DNA of 29,260 bases. It comes from an uncultured Rhodospirillaceae bacterium (lineage in GTDB: Bacteria > Pseudomonadota > Alphaproteobacteria > UBA9219). Positions 8,191-17,361 of this stretch are shown piece by piece. The DNA lies in contig CAYZXV010000001.1 of NCBI GenBank assembly GCA_964482525.1, positions 1-29,260 on the forward strand, in the 5' to 3' direction. Each line of letters starts with the position of its first letter. Within the stretch, counting starts at the first letter, position 1. The notes under the pieces were generated by a model. The model was not told the origin of the DNA. It worked only from the letters and a program-made list of their open reading frames with translations, and did not search any database. Made by a program: the position numbers and the translations under genes.

Positions 8191-8709
8191 ATGTATTTCA
8201 TGCGCCATGGCGAGTCCATTTTTAATGAGGTCATGAACCGAACCGGCAGAGACCCTCAAATACCCGACCCCCCTTTGACGAAACGGGGGGAAGAGCAGGT
8301 TCTTGCCGCAGCACGGCGATGGGCGAAGCCCATAGACCTTATTGTAACAAGCCCATATACACGGGCTATCCAAACGGCCGTATTGTTTGCACAAACACAT
8401 TCGGCTCCCATTTTTGTAGATCCTGTTGTTGGGGAGAGGCGGCTTTATAGTTGCGACATCGGAATATTTAAGAGAGCTTTGACTCCTAAATGGCCTGAGT
8501 TAAATTTTGAAAATCTTGGAACAGGAATATGGTGGACTCCCTTTCCAGAAACAAATCAGCAGTTAAAAGAGCGTGCGGCTCAGTTTCAACGAACATGGGC
8601 AGCAGAAGCGGCTGCGTCCCGGATGATGGTTATAAGTCATTGGTATTTTATAAATATTATTACAAACTCTGGACCTGAAAATGCAGAAATAGTCGAAACA
8701 ACGAACTAA
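8191..8709 (+). CDS. Histidine phosphatase (phosphoglycerate-mutase-like) family protein
   Basis: MRHGES catalytic motif, LTKRGEEQ, TSPYTRAIQTA and a second conserved His in VISH. Confidence 0.9.
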   Translation: MYFMRHGESIFNEVMNRTGRDPQIPDPPLTKRGEEQVLAAARRWAKPIDLIVTSPYTRAIQTAVLFAQTHSAPIFVDPVVGERRLYSCDIGIFKRALTPKWPELNFENLGTGIWWTPFPETNQQLKERAAQFQRTWAAEAAASRMMVISHWYFINIITNSGPENAEIVETTN

Positions 8710-8884
8710 CTTGTTAGAAAAAGAAGGAAAACCGCCTATTGTATCGATATTATAACATTCTGGCCCCGCGTAAGATATGGGAGAAACTAGGGTGATCTTA
8801 TGTGAAGTGATTCGATTCACGACATCTTAATCTTGTTTATCGCATAGTTGGGTGGGCTTTCTCTCAGTTTATCCAAGAAAATCG

Positions 8885-9394
8885 ATGTCTGACTCTCTTT
8901 TGCTCACGTTTGTGTTTATGCTTGCCGGTACCATAGTCCTTTGGGCGGCGTGGAACGATGCGCGTCGGTTTCGTTTGCCCAATGTTGCGTCGTTGGCGCT
9001 AGTCGCTCTTTTCCCCGTCTATGGCTATTTTTCTCCATCGAGTGTGGCTTGGGCCGAGCATCTTGTCGTGGCGCTTTTAGTGTTGGGCGGCGGGTATATC
9101 CTGTTTTTAAAAAATTGGGCAGGGGCGGGCGATGTCAAATTCGCTGCGGCTTTATCGCTTTGGGCAGGGCCTGCCCTGACACTTCATTTTTTGTTCGTTA
9201 TGGCAATGGCTGGTGGTATTCTGAGTCTTGGTATAGGGGCCATGACTTTAATCCGCCAGAAAATGGCAAAAGATGAAAGCGCGCCTACCCTTGCCAAAAC
9301 ACCCGTTCCTTACGGCATTGCCATCGCGGTTGCCGGTATAGTCCTTCTTATTCGTCTATCCCATCCGAACCTTCTGCCAAGTGTGGGGGTTTAA
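8885..9394 (+). CDS. cpaA: Prepilin peptidase CpaA/TadV (A24 family)
   Basis: WNDARRFRLPN and GAGDVKF aspartate motifs, several TM segments, C-terminal VPYGIAI. ATG 8885 preferred over GTG 8852. Confidence 0.9.
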   Translation: MSDSLLLTFVFMLAGTIVLWAAWNDARRFRLPNVASLALVALFPVYGYFSPSSVAWAEHLVVALLVLGGGYILFLKNWAGAGDVKFAAALSLWAGPALTLHFLFVMAMAGGILSLGIGAMTLIRQKMAKDESAPTLAKTPVPYGIAIAVAGIVLLIRLSHPNLLPSVGV

Positions 9395-9406
9395 GGAGCA
9401 AGCACC

Positions 9407-10345
9407 ATGTCAACACGTAAACTTCCGCTTCTCTTTGTTGCTCTTTTCATTGCTGCGATGACGGTTTTTCTCGCGCGCTCAATGATGAATGAGCCTATAG
9501 ACCCCGCTGCCCCTGTCGAAGTTAAAGCGCCGCCGACCTATGAAATCCTGGTTTCGGCGAAGGACTTGCCGTCCGGGACCTTGCTGACAGAAGCTGACGT
9601 AAAATGGAAAATATGGCCAAAAGAAGAAGGTAAGGAAGGCGAGGCCTCCGAGTTCGTGGTTAAAGGAGAGGCTGATGTAAAATCGGTTGTCGGCAATGTT
9701 GTTCGCTACGGGATTCGTGCTGGTGAACCAATTACGCCCGCACGGACCGTAAAACCAGGCGAGCAAGGATTTATGGCGGCCGCGCTTGCTCCAGGCATGC
9801 GCGCGGTGTCGATCGCGATTACGCCAGTGGCGGGGGTTGCCGGATTTATTTTTCCGGGTGATCGGGTGGATGTCATTGTTACCCACCAAGTTGGCCGCAA
9901 GAGCGAGGCAGATACCACCGAACGCCGCGTGAGTGAAACAATGCTTAGTGATGTGCGGGTTCTGGCTTTAGACCAAAAAATGAGCGATCAAGTTACGGAG
10001 CCTAAGGTTGCTCAGATTGCAACTCTGGAGGTGACGCCAAAGCAAGCGGAGAAGCTGGCCCTTGTGTCTGAGCTTGGCACGGTTTCACTAGCTTTACGCA
10101 GCATAGCAAATGATGCCGCAAAAACAACAGCCGACGCGCAAGAGGGCAAGGATCTTGCTCAAGAAGCTTTGGCCAATGTCATTGCAAATAGTTTGGCCCA
10201 AGAGACAGGCCACGAAATCACATGGGACAGTGATATCAGTAAAGTTCTTCCTCGCCCGGCCAATCGTTCGGGGGCCGTTCAAAAAATTCTAATCATAAGG
10301 GGCAAAGATGTCAGCGAAGCTATCTTTGACCTTCAACAGCCATAG
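9407..10345 (+). CDS. cpaB: Flp pilus assembly protein CpaB/RcpC
   Basis: N-terminal TM, SAF-like LVSAKDLPSGT, and PGMRAVSI...VAGFIFPGDRVDVIVT; SD AAGGAG upstream. Confidence 0.95.
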   Translation: MSTRKLPLLFVALFIAAMTVFLARSMMNEPIDPAAPVEVKAPPTYEILVSAKDLPSGTLLTEADVKWKIWPKEEGKEGEASEFVVKGEADVKSVVGNVVRYGIRAGEPITPARTVKPGEQGFMAAALAPGMRAVSIAITPVAGVAGFIFPGDRVDVIVTHQVGRKSEADTTERRVSETMLSDVRVLALDQKMSDQVTEPKVAQIATLEVTPKQAEKLALVSELGTVSLALRSIANDAAKTTADAQEGKDLAQEALANVIANSLAQETGHEITWDSDISKVLPRPANRSGAVQKILIIRGKDVSEAIFDLQQP

Positions 10346-10350
10346 GGATC

Positions 10351-12078
10351 ATGCTCATGCGTTCCTTGCGATCACTCTCCGTAAGCGCCTTATATGCTCT
10401 TCTTCTTCTTACGTCGGCAAACGCGCTTGCGGCATCGACGTCTGTGCCAGCGTCCATTGCCATGGTTTCGAAAGACGTCCAGACAGCGCCCTTGTCCGTT
10501 GATCCCTTAAAAAGACCGACCCCGCTTGAAATTATGATTGATAAGAGTGTTCCCGTTAATCTGACAGAGCCAGCGGCTACGGTTTTTGTTGCGAACCCAG
10601 AGATTGCCGACATTCAGGTCCTTTCGCCTAACTCAGTGATGGTTTTTGGGAAGAAGGCGGGTCAGACGACCTTGATTATTGCTGGGAATGATGGAAAAAA
10701 TCTTGTTTATCATACAGTAATGGTGTCTCAAAATCTCGCGGACCTGCGCGATGCGATCCGAACGGTGGTCCCGGGCTCATCTATCCAGGTTGAGCCCATC
10801 CCAAATGGCATCGTTTTGACGGGCGATGTTGGGGATTCGACGGCGATTGAAGATATTCGTCGTCTGGCGGCCCGATATTTACCGGAAACAGGAGGCGACA
10901 TCATAAACCGGATACGTGTGCGAGCGAACAACCAGATCCAAATTCGCGTGCGATTTGCCGAGGTTTCTAAGGATGTGGATAAACGGTTCGGCATCGACTG
11001 GGAAACGGTTGGAACCGTAGGTTCTTTTGCTTTTGGGCTTGCAACAGGGGCTGACTTTATTACCGCTGGGTCGACAGCAATTACGCGGACAGTTGTTGGT
11101 GACTCCGTTAATGATGCGTTTAGCACAAGCTTCAACAATAATCATTTCAGTGTTAACGGGATGATTGATGCCTTGGCCAAAGACGGTTTTGTAACGATCT
11201 TGGCCGAACCATCGCTTACGGCGATGTCTGGAGAGACAGCAAGCTTTTTGGCTGGTGGTGAGTTTCCGATCCCCGTGCCGCAATCGGCAAATACGATTAC
11301 AATTGAATGGAAACAGTATGGTGTTTCACTTGCCTTTACGCCAACCATTCTGAATGAAAATAGAATTAACCTTCATGTTCGGCCAGAAGTTAGCCAGCTG
11401 TCTGATGCTGGGTCTGTGACGCTTAACAACATTAATATCCCAGCCCTTACAACCCGTCGGGCTGAAACCACCATCGAATTGAATAGTGGACAAAGTTTTG
11501 CCATTGCAGGTCTTCTTAACAACCAACAAACGCAAAGCGTAGATAAATTCCCGTTCCTTGGCGATGTTCCCGTGCTGGGCCCTCTCTTTAGATCCACACG
11601 CTTTCAAAACAACGAAAGTGAGCTGGTGATTATCATCACGCCATATATTGTCAAGCCAACAACACAGGAAAATCTTAGCTTACCAACGGATGGTCTTGCT
11701 GCCCCCACAGATACAGATCGCGTTTTCCGTTTGCGCCAAACAAACAGTGATCCGAATGCAAAAACAATCAGTGGAGCTCCCCGCGCCGTAAGGGTTGAAA
11801 ACCCAATCCATGCGGAATCACCAGTTGTAACCAAGGCGCCTGTGGCGCCAGTGTTGCGAGAGGCCGCACATGGCGCCGAGCGGCCAAAAGCTGCCGACCA
11901 GTCAACGATCAGAGGCAGCCGAGCATCGACCGCAACCACTATGGAGGAGAAAAAGTCTTCCTCCAGCACAGGAGCAACGTCTGCACTTGCGCCAGCACCG
12001 ATGAGTAAACCAGCGCCCGTAAAACCAAAGGTAAAAACGCCAGGTCCATCAGGTCAAGGCGGCTTTATTGTGGAGTAA
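10351..12078 (+). CDS. cpaC: Tad pilus secretin CpaC/RcpA
   Basis: Signal peptide, VFVANPEIAD N-domain, QIRVRFAEV, LAEPSLTAMSGETASFLAGGEFPIP and FPFLGDVPVLGPLFRS secretin motifs. Confidence 0.95.
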   Translation: MLMRSLRSLSVSALYALLLLTSANALAASTSVPASIAMVSKDVQTAPLSVDPLKRPTPLEIMIDKSVPVNLTEPAATVFVANPEIADIQVLSPNSVMVFGKKAGQTTLIIAGNDGKNLVYHTVMVSQNLADLRDAIRTVVPGSSIQVEPIPNGIVLTGDVGDSTAIEDIRRLAARYLPETGGDIINRIRVRANNQIQIRVRFAEVSKDVDKRFGIDWETVGTVGSFAFGLATGADFITAGSTAITRTVVGDSVNDAFSTSFNNNHFSVNGMIDALAKDGFVTILAEPSLTAMSGETASFLAGGEFPIPVPQSANTITIEWKQYGVSLAFTPTILNENRINLHVRPEVSQLSDAGSVTLNNINIPALTTRRAETTIELNSGQSFAIAGLLNNQQTQSVDKFPFLGDVPVLGPLFRSTRFQNNESELVIIITPYIVKPTTQENLSLPTDGLAAPTDTDRVFRLRQTNSDPNAKTISGAPRAVRVENPIHAESPVVTKAPVAPVLREAAHGAERPKAADQSTIRGSRASTATTMEEKKSSSSTGATSALAPAPMSKPAPVKPKVKTPGPSGQGGFIVE

Positions 12079-12081
12079 ACC

Positions 12082-12510
12082 ATGCGACAAATTCGAAATT
12101 CCTTCCTGATCCTCGTTTTGACAGCCCTCACGGCGTGTCAGACCGCGCCGGTGCCAGATTATCGCATACAACTTATGCCTTCGGCTGATGGCAGATCCGT
12201 TATCGCTGTGCCCCCAGAATGCCCAAGCTGGGCAAGCGTTAGTAACGCGCCACATGAAGGAGGAACGGCCGCTCAGTATGGTTGTTCGCAGGCTCGCAAT
12301 CTAGCCGCGATGGTTGAGCGCCCTGAGGATTTGATTAGCCCGCGTCCTTTGGGCGCGCCTGATGGCGTTGTAACGGCAGGCTCAATTACGGCGTATCGGA
12401 CAGGTAAAACAAAAGCTCTGATTGATGTGAACGAGGCAGCCCCAGTTAATGACATCACAACTGGTGCAGGCATCGCGGCAGCGATTGCAGCAGCAGCATC
12501 GCAAAAATGA
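12082..12510 (+). CDS. cpaD: CpaD-like pilus biogenesis lipoprotein (short form)
   Basis: Lipobox LTAC and GCSQARNLAAMVERPEDL motif; position directly after cpaC. Confidence 0.8.
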   Translation: MRQIRNSFLILVLTALTACQTAPVPDYRIQLMPSADGRSVIAVPPECPSWASVSNAPHEGGTAAQYGCSQARNLAAMVERPEDLISPRPLGAPDGVVTAGSITAYRTGKTKALIDVNEAAPVNDITTGAGIAAAIAAAASQK

Positions 12511-12542
12511 GCGCGTCCAAAGGGAGTGTACAAAGGTGACGC

Positions 12543-13751
12543 ATGCATCCTGAGTTTATGGCCTTTCTCACCGAGCTTCAGACCCTTCAGCTTGTACGAA
12601 GCTGGGCAGACAAGCAGGGGTTTCCCGGCGACGCAGTGCGTGAGGGAGGGCCCGATTTGTTCTCAGTGCTTCTCGAGGCTGAAGCTCCGCCAAAGCTTGC
12701 TCTTGTCGACTTTGATACTGTTGAGCAACCAGTTCAGGTCGCCGCGCGACTTGTCAGTTTGTGCGGACCTGCAACGCGGATCATAGCGGTTGGCACGGCC
12801 AATGATGTTGGCTTGTACCGAAGCATTATAGCCGCAGGTCTTAACGATTATCTGGTTAAGCCCCTTACGCCGGAGGTTTTAACACAAACCATGATGGCGG
12901 CTGCGCGGGGTGATGCACCCGGTGCGCCGAAGAATGCAAAAGACATTGTTGTCATAGGCGTGCGTGGCGGTGTTGGCGCAAGCACGATAGCCGCAAATCT
13001 TGCCTGGCTGATCGCGCATGAACGTAAGGAAAAATGCGCTCTTCTTGATTTAGACCTTCAGTATGGAAGTAGCGCGCTTTCGTTGGATATTGAGCCTGGC
13101 CATGGGTTACGCGATGTTGTTAGTTCGCCCCAACGCGTTGATAGTCTGATGATCGCAGGGGCTCAAGTCAGCGAGAGTGATAACCTAGTAATTCTGAGCG
13201 CAGAGGAACCAATCGACGAAGTGATCCATGTCGACCCCCATGCTATCAGCGCACTGATAAAAGAAATGCGGACAGGTTATCGCGCGATATTGGTTGATAT
13301 GCCCCGACATATGATTGCAACCCAAAAAAGACTTCTTGCGACGGCGCATGAAATCATCCTCGTTACAGAGATGTCGTTGATTGGTATTCGCGACACGCTT
13401 CGTATGCGCACCACAATCAAGGGGCTGGGGTCCTCTGCAAGAATCACACAAATTGCCACGAAGATTGGAACCAATCGTCCCGCAGCAGTTGATGAAGCAA
13501 CCTTTACAAAAGGGGCTCAGGCTAAAATCGATTTTGTGTTCCCGGATGAACACAAAAACCTTGTTCTTGCAAGTAACGCGGGAAAGATGCTTGGCGCAAT
13601 TGCTCCCGACGCTGCCGCGAACAAAGTTCTACGTCAGCTAGCCGCTCATCTGTTGGATGAGCTCAAGGATAAAGATGGTGTTTCAAAAAAACAAAACGGC
13701 CTTCTTTCTTCTCTATTTAAGGGAAGCGAGAAGGGGGCGCCAAAATCATGA
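12543..13751 (+). CDS. cpaE: Pilus assembly protein CpaE/TadZ (receiver-like plus ParA/MinD-like domain)
   Basis: AGLNDYLVKP receiver remnant, deviant Walker A GVRGGVGAST, LLDLDLQYG; SD AAGGTG upstream. Confidence 0.92.
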   Translation: MHPEFMAFLTELQTLQLVRSWADKQGFPGDAVREGGPDLFSVLLEAEAPPKLALVDFDTVEQPVQVAARLVSLCGPATRIIAVGTANDVGLYRSIIAAGLNDYLVKPLTPEVLTQTMMAAARGDAPGAPKNAKDIVVIGVRGGVGASTIAANLAWLIAHERKEKCALLDLDLQYGSSALSLDIEPGHGLRDVVSSPQRVDSLMIAGAQVSESDNLVILSAEEPIDEVIHVDPHAISALIKEMRTGYRAILVDMPRHMIATQKRLLATAHEIILVTEMSLIGIRDTLRMRTTIKGLGSSARITQIATKIGTNRPAAVDEATFTKGAQAKIDFVFPDEHKNLVLASNAGKMLGAIAPDAAANKVLRQLAAHLLDELKDKDGVSKKQNGLLSSLFKGSEKGAPKS

Positions 13752-15394
13752 CGTCGATGGGTAACGCATCAGACGATCCTTTTGCAGCCATTGACAGCAC
13801 ACTTGCTGTTTTGGCAAGACGTATTTTTCCCGACCTTGAAAAACTGTTTCCAGCCGATCGTATGGGGGGCTTAACGCGTAACGACGTAAGTCGTGAGGTA
13901 AAAAGCTTCGCCCTAGCTTATCTAAAGCAGCAAGGAATGGAATTGAACTTGCTTGATCAACGCGATCTTGTTTCCGCGCTAACTAACCAAATTATGGCCC
14001 CTTATAGCAAGGTTGAGGAAGCGGTAAGCACTCTTCCCTTGCAGGCTGAGGATGTTCAAAAAAAAGTAGAAGTTGAACCTGAACCTCCGCCGCCGCCACG
14101 AAGGGTAGATGTTGCTCCCATTGATACTACTAGCCGAGCAAGTGTTGACCAGGCAAAACTTAAAATTCAACCGTTGGTATTGGAAAGGATCGATACCTCT
14201 GCCGCTGCGCGGATGGCCCGTGAAGATCTTGCCCGCGATCTGAAAGGCATTGTCAACGAGCTGCTGATTGAAACAAAAACACAACTAAATGCAGCAGAGC
14301 GTCTGGAGTTAGTCGAGCAACTACTTAACGACATGTTGGGCCTTGGCCCATTAGAGCCCTTGCTCGCAAACGAAGAGATCTCTGAGATTATGGTCAATGG
14401 ACCAAAGCAAGTTTATTGTGAAAGCAAGGGGCGGCTTACCCTTACGGATGTGAAATTTCGCGATAATGCGCATGTGCTCGCCATTGCCACACGCATCGTT
14501 ACGGCCATTGGCCGACGAATTGATGAAAGCTCACCTTTATGTGATGCGCGACTCGCAGATGGAAGCCGTGTTAACATAATTATTCCACCTCTTGCTATTG
14601 ATGGGCCGTCCATCACTATTCGTAAGTTTTCTAAAAAGAAGATTACGCTCGATACCATGGTTAAGTTTGGAAGCATTTCGCCACAAATGGCCAAGGTGTT
14701 ACGGATTGTTGGCCGCTGCCGATTGAACATTTTGATATCAGGCGGAACGGGCTCTGGGAAAACAACCTTGCTAAATGCTTTATCACAGATGATCGACCAT
14801 GGTGAACGTGTTGTGACCATCGAGGACGCGGCAGAGCTTCAACTTCAACAACCGCATGTGGTTCGCCTTGAAACACGCCCCGCTAACCTTGAGGGACATG
14901 GCGAAATTACAATGCGCGATTTGTTAAAGAATGCTCTTCGTATGAGGCCGGATCGCATTATTGTTGGCGAGACTCGCGGCGGTGAGGCTATTGACATGCT
15001 TCAAGCCATGAACACGGGGCATGATGGGTCGCTCTCCACCGTTCACGCAAACCGTCCGCGTGAGGCGGTAATGCGGCTTGAAAACATGGTTGGTCTTGGC
15101 GGTGCCAACTTGGCACCCCGCGCCATTCGTCAGCAAATCGCAAGCGCCGTTGACATGATTATTCAGGTTAGCCGCATGCGTGACGGCTCACGTCGTATCA
15201 CCCATATTTCTGAAATCACGGGTATGGAGGGTGAAGTGGTGGCTTTACAGGATTTGTTTGTTTGTGAAGTTACAGGAGAGCTCCCGGATGGGCGGCTCAC
15301 TGTTGAGTTCAAAAACAACGGCCTTAGGCCGCATTGTTTGCCAAAGGCCGCTTATTATGGGCTTGAAAAGGAATTAATGGAGGCAATGTCGTGA
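13748..15394 (+). CDS. cpaF: Tad pilus ATPase CpaF/TadA with N-terminal extension
   Basis: GLGPLEPLL, Walker [34 protein letters not shown] and [15 protein letters not shown]. Confidence 0.97.
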   Translation: MTSMGNASDDPFAAIDSTLAVLARRIFPDLEKLFPADRMGGLTRNDVSREVKSFALAYLKQQGMELNLLDQRDLVSALTNQIMAPYSKVEEAVSTLPLQAEDVQKKVEVEPEPPPPPRRVDVAPIDTTSRASVDQAKLKIQPLVLERIDTSAAARMAREDLARDLKGIVNELLIETKTQLNAAERLELVEQLLNDMLGLGPLEPLLANEEISEIMVNGPKQVYCESKGRLTLTDVKFRDNAHVLAIATRIVTAIGRRIDESSPLCDARLADGSRVNIIIPPLAIDGPSITIRKFSKKKITLDTMVKFGSISPQMAKVLRIVGRCRLNILISGGTGSGKTTLLNALSQMIDHGERVVTIEDAAELQLQQPHVVRLETRPANLEGHGEITMRDLLKNALRMRPDRIIVGETRGGEAIDMLQAMNTGHDGSLSTVHANRPREAVMRLENMVGLGGANLAPRAIRQQIASAVDMIIQVSRMRDGSRRITHISEITGMEGEVVALQDLFVCEVTGELPDGRLTVEFKNNGLRPHCLPKAAYYGLEKELMEAMS

Positions 15395-16377
15395 CAACGC
15401 CTATGCTTCTTTTTGTCGCTCTTGGAGGCGGGCTCTCCCTTTTTATGATTGTTTCTCTTTTCATGGGGGACGATCCTTCCGAGGCCATGAAGAAACGTCT
15501 GGATCGTGTAGCCGGAACGGCTCCTGCTAAAAACCTACGCCCAGAGGATAAAAGTGGAAGTTTAAGACGACAGACCAGTGATAGCTCGATACCATTATTG
15601 GATAAGTTGATTAAGGCTACCTTGCCGAACCCGGAAAAAATGAGGCAGCGGCTAGCGCGAACCGGAAAGGTAATCGCGTTGGGTGAGTATTTAATGATTA
15701 ACGGACTTTGTATCCTTCTTTTTTATTTTGTTTTTGTCTATATAGCTGGATGGAGCAAGCCGGTCGCCTTTCCTCTTTCCATTGCTGTTGGCTTGTATTT
15801 GCCTCACATGATTACTGGACGCATGGGGAATAAGCGTATTTTGAAGTTCTTGGCGAGTTTTCCAGAGGCGATTGATACGATATGCCGTGGCTTGCGTTCA
15901 GGGCTTCCGATAACCGAGACTATCACAACTGTTGGGAATGAATTGCCCGATCCCATTGGTATTGAATTTAGACGCATCAGTGATGGTGTTCGAATGGGAC
16001 GTTCGCTCGAAGACGCGATGTGGGACGTAACAAGTCGGATAGACACGCCAGAATTTCGCTTCTTCATCATCGCGTTGGCAATCCAACGAGAAACTGGCGG
16101 TAATTTGGCCGAAACACTAGGCAATTTAGCAGAGCTTTTACGTAAACGCCGCCAACTTAAACTCAAAATCCGTGCCATGTCCTCTGAAGCTCGTGCTTCG
16201 GCCATGATTATTGGGTCGCTTCCTTTCTTGATGTTTGCGTTGTTAATGGCTGTGAATTCTGAATACATGATGATTATGCTCAACGATATTAAGGGCAAGA
16301 TTCTGTTGGCAGGAGGTTTAACCTGGCTTGGTTTTGGGGTTCTAGTTATGAAACAGCTTGTCAATTTTGAAATATGA
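15391..16377 (+). CDS. tadB: Tad pilus inner-membrane platform protein TadB
   Basis: FPEAIDTICRGLRSG, IQRETGGNLAETLGNL and RAMSSEARAS motifs; T2SS-F-like. Confidence 0.93.
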   Translation: MTTPMLLFVALGGGLSLFMIVSLFMGDDPSEAMKKRLDRVAGTAPAKNLRPEDKSGSLRRQTSDSSIPLLDKLIKATLPNPEKMRQRLARTGKVIALGEYLMINGLCILLFYFVFVYIAGWSKPVAFPLSIAVGLYLPHMITGRMGNKRILKFLASFPEAIDTICRGLRSGLPITETITTVGNELPDPIGIEFRRISDGVRMGRSLEDAMWDVTSRIDTPEFRFFIIALAIQRETGGNLAETLGNLAELLRKRRQLKLKIRAMSSEARASAMIIGSLPFLMFALLMAVNSEYMMIMLNDIKGKILLAGGLTWLGFGVLVMKQLVNFEI

Positions 16378-16389
16378 TGGGGTTGCCGC

Positions 16390-17355
16390 GTGCTTAAAGA
16401 CCTCGACCAACTTCTCCACAGCCCCGATTTTCTTGCTGGCCTTTGTGGGTTGGCGGCTTTCTCTGTCGTTGTGCTTGTTTGGACTGCGTTTGTCGATGGA
16501 GGGCCAAAAGCTGATCGACTTAAGGCCGTTTCTCAACGCTTAAGCGAGTTTGAGGCAGATAGACGCAAAAAAAACACGCGCCGCGCAAGTCTGCAAAAAG
16601 TCAGTTTGATGAAGCAAGTGGTAGCGTGGCTGAAGCTGTCACAGGGTAAAAGTCTTGAAGGCTTGAGGCTTAAACTGCGCCGTGCAGGGTATCAGGCTCG
16701 TGATGCAATGTTTGTGTTTTTGTTTGCAAAACTTGCCATGATGGGTGGGCTTGCCGCAACGGGGTTTTTCTTTTTTGGAATTCTTCGGGTGGGCGACCTT
16801 GGTTTTGCGCTTGTATTATTGATTGCAATGTTTGGCGCTCTGATTGGATGGATGCTGCCTGATATCATTGTGAAGAATATGAGTCAGAAACGTGAAGATA
16901 TTCTACGCAAAGCTATTCCCGATGCCCTTGATTTGATGGTTATCTGCGCCGAGGCAGGCCTTGGTCTTGATGCCGCATTGGATCGTGTGGGGCGGGAGGT
17001 CGCACAAAGCTGTCCTGAGCTTGCCGAAGAAATTGGCGTCACAAGCGTAGAGCTTAATTTTATGCCCGATCGACACAAGGCTCTTCATTCTTTGGCAGAG
17101 CGAGTGCCGTTGCCCAGCGTTACTGCTCTTGTCAATACGCTCATCCAAACCGAGAAGTATGGGACGCCTTTAGCGCAGGCTCTTCGTGTTTTGTCGTCAG
17201 AAATGCGTGAGGAACGCATGATGCGCGCTGAGTCCAAAGCTGCGGCGCTGCCAGCCGTGCTGACTGTCCCGATGATCATTTTCATTCTGCCGCCATTATT
17301 CGTTGTTCTAATTGGGCCCGCCGCGCTTAAGGTCGCAACTGCGATGGCGAAATAA
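16390..17355 (+). CDS. tadC: Tad pilus inner-membrane platform protein TadC
   Basis: PDALDLMVICAEAGLGLDAAL, LIQTEKYGTPLAQALRV and TVPMIIFILP motifs. Confidence 0.93.
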   Translation: MLKDLDQLLHSPDFLAGLCGLAAFSVVVLVWTAFVDGGPKADRLKAVSQRLSEFEADRRKKNTRRASLQKVSLMKQVVAWLKLSQGKSLEGLRLKLRRAGYQARDAMFVFLFAKLAMMGGLAATGFFFFGILRVGDLGFALVLLIAMFGALIGWMLPDIIVKNMSQKREDILRKAIPDALDLMVICAEAGLGLDAALDRVGREVAQSCPELAEEIGVTSVELNFMPDRHKALHSLAERVPLPSVTALVNTLIQTEKYGTPLAQALRVLSSEMREERMMRAESKAAALPAVLTVPMIIFILPPLFVVLIGPAALKVATAMAK

Positions 17356-17361
17356 GAACGA

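Noticed and set aside
8738-8762. AT-rich stretch after the xerD unit as a possible dif site
   Set aside because: Does not fit the 11-6-11 layout or the TTATGTTAAAT XerD arm without gaps.
8827-8841. Possible CtrA box upstream of cpaA
   Set aside because: Only one TTAA half-site; the second half (TATC) is too divergent.
15804-16364. 186-aa minus-strand ORF, and similar antisense ORFs within cpaC (10728-11138) and secA (18436-18957)
   Set aside because: Shadows of well-supported genes.
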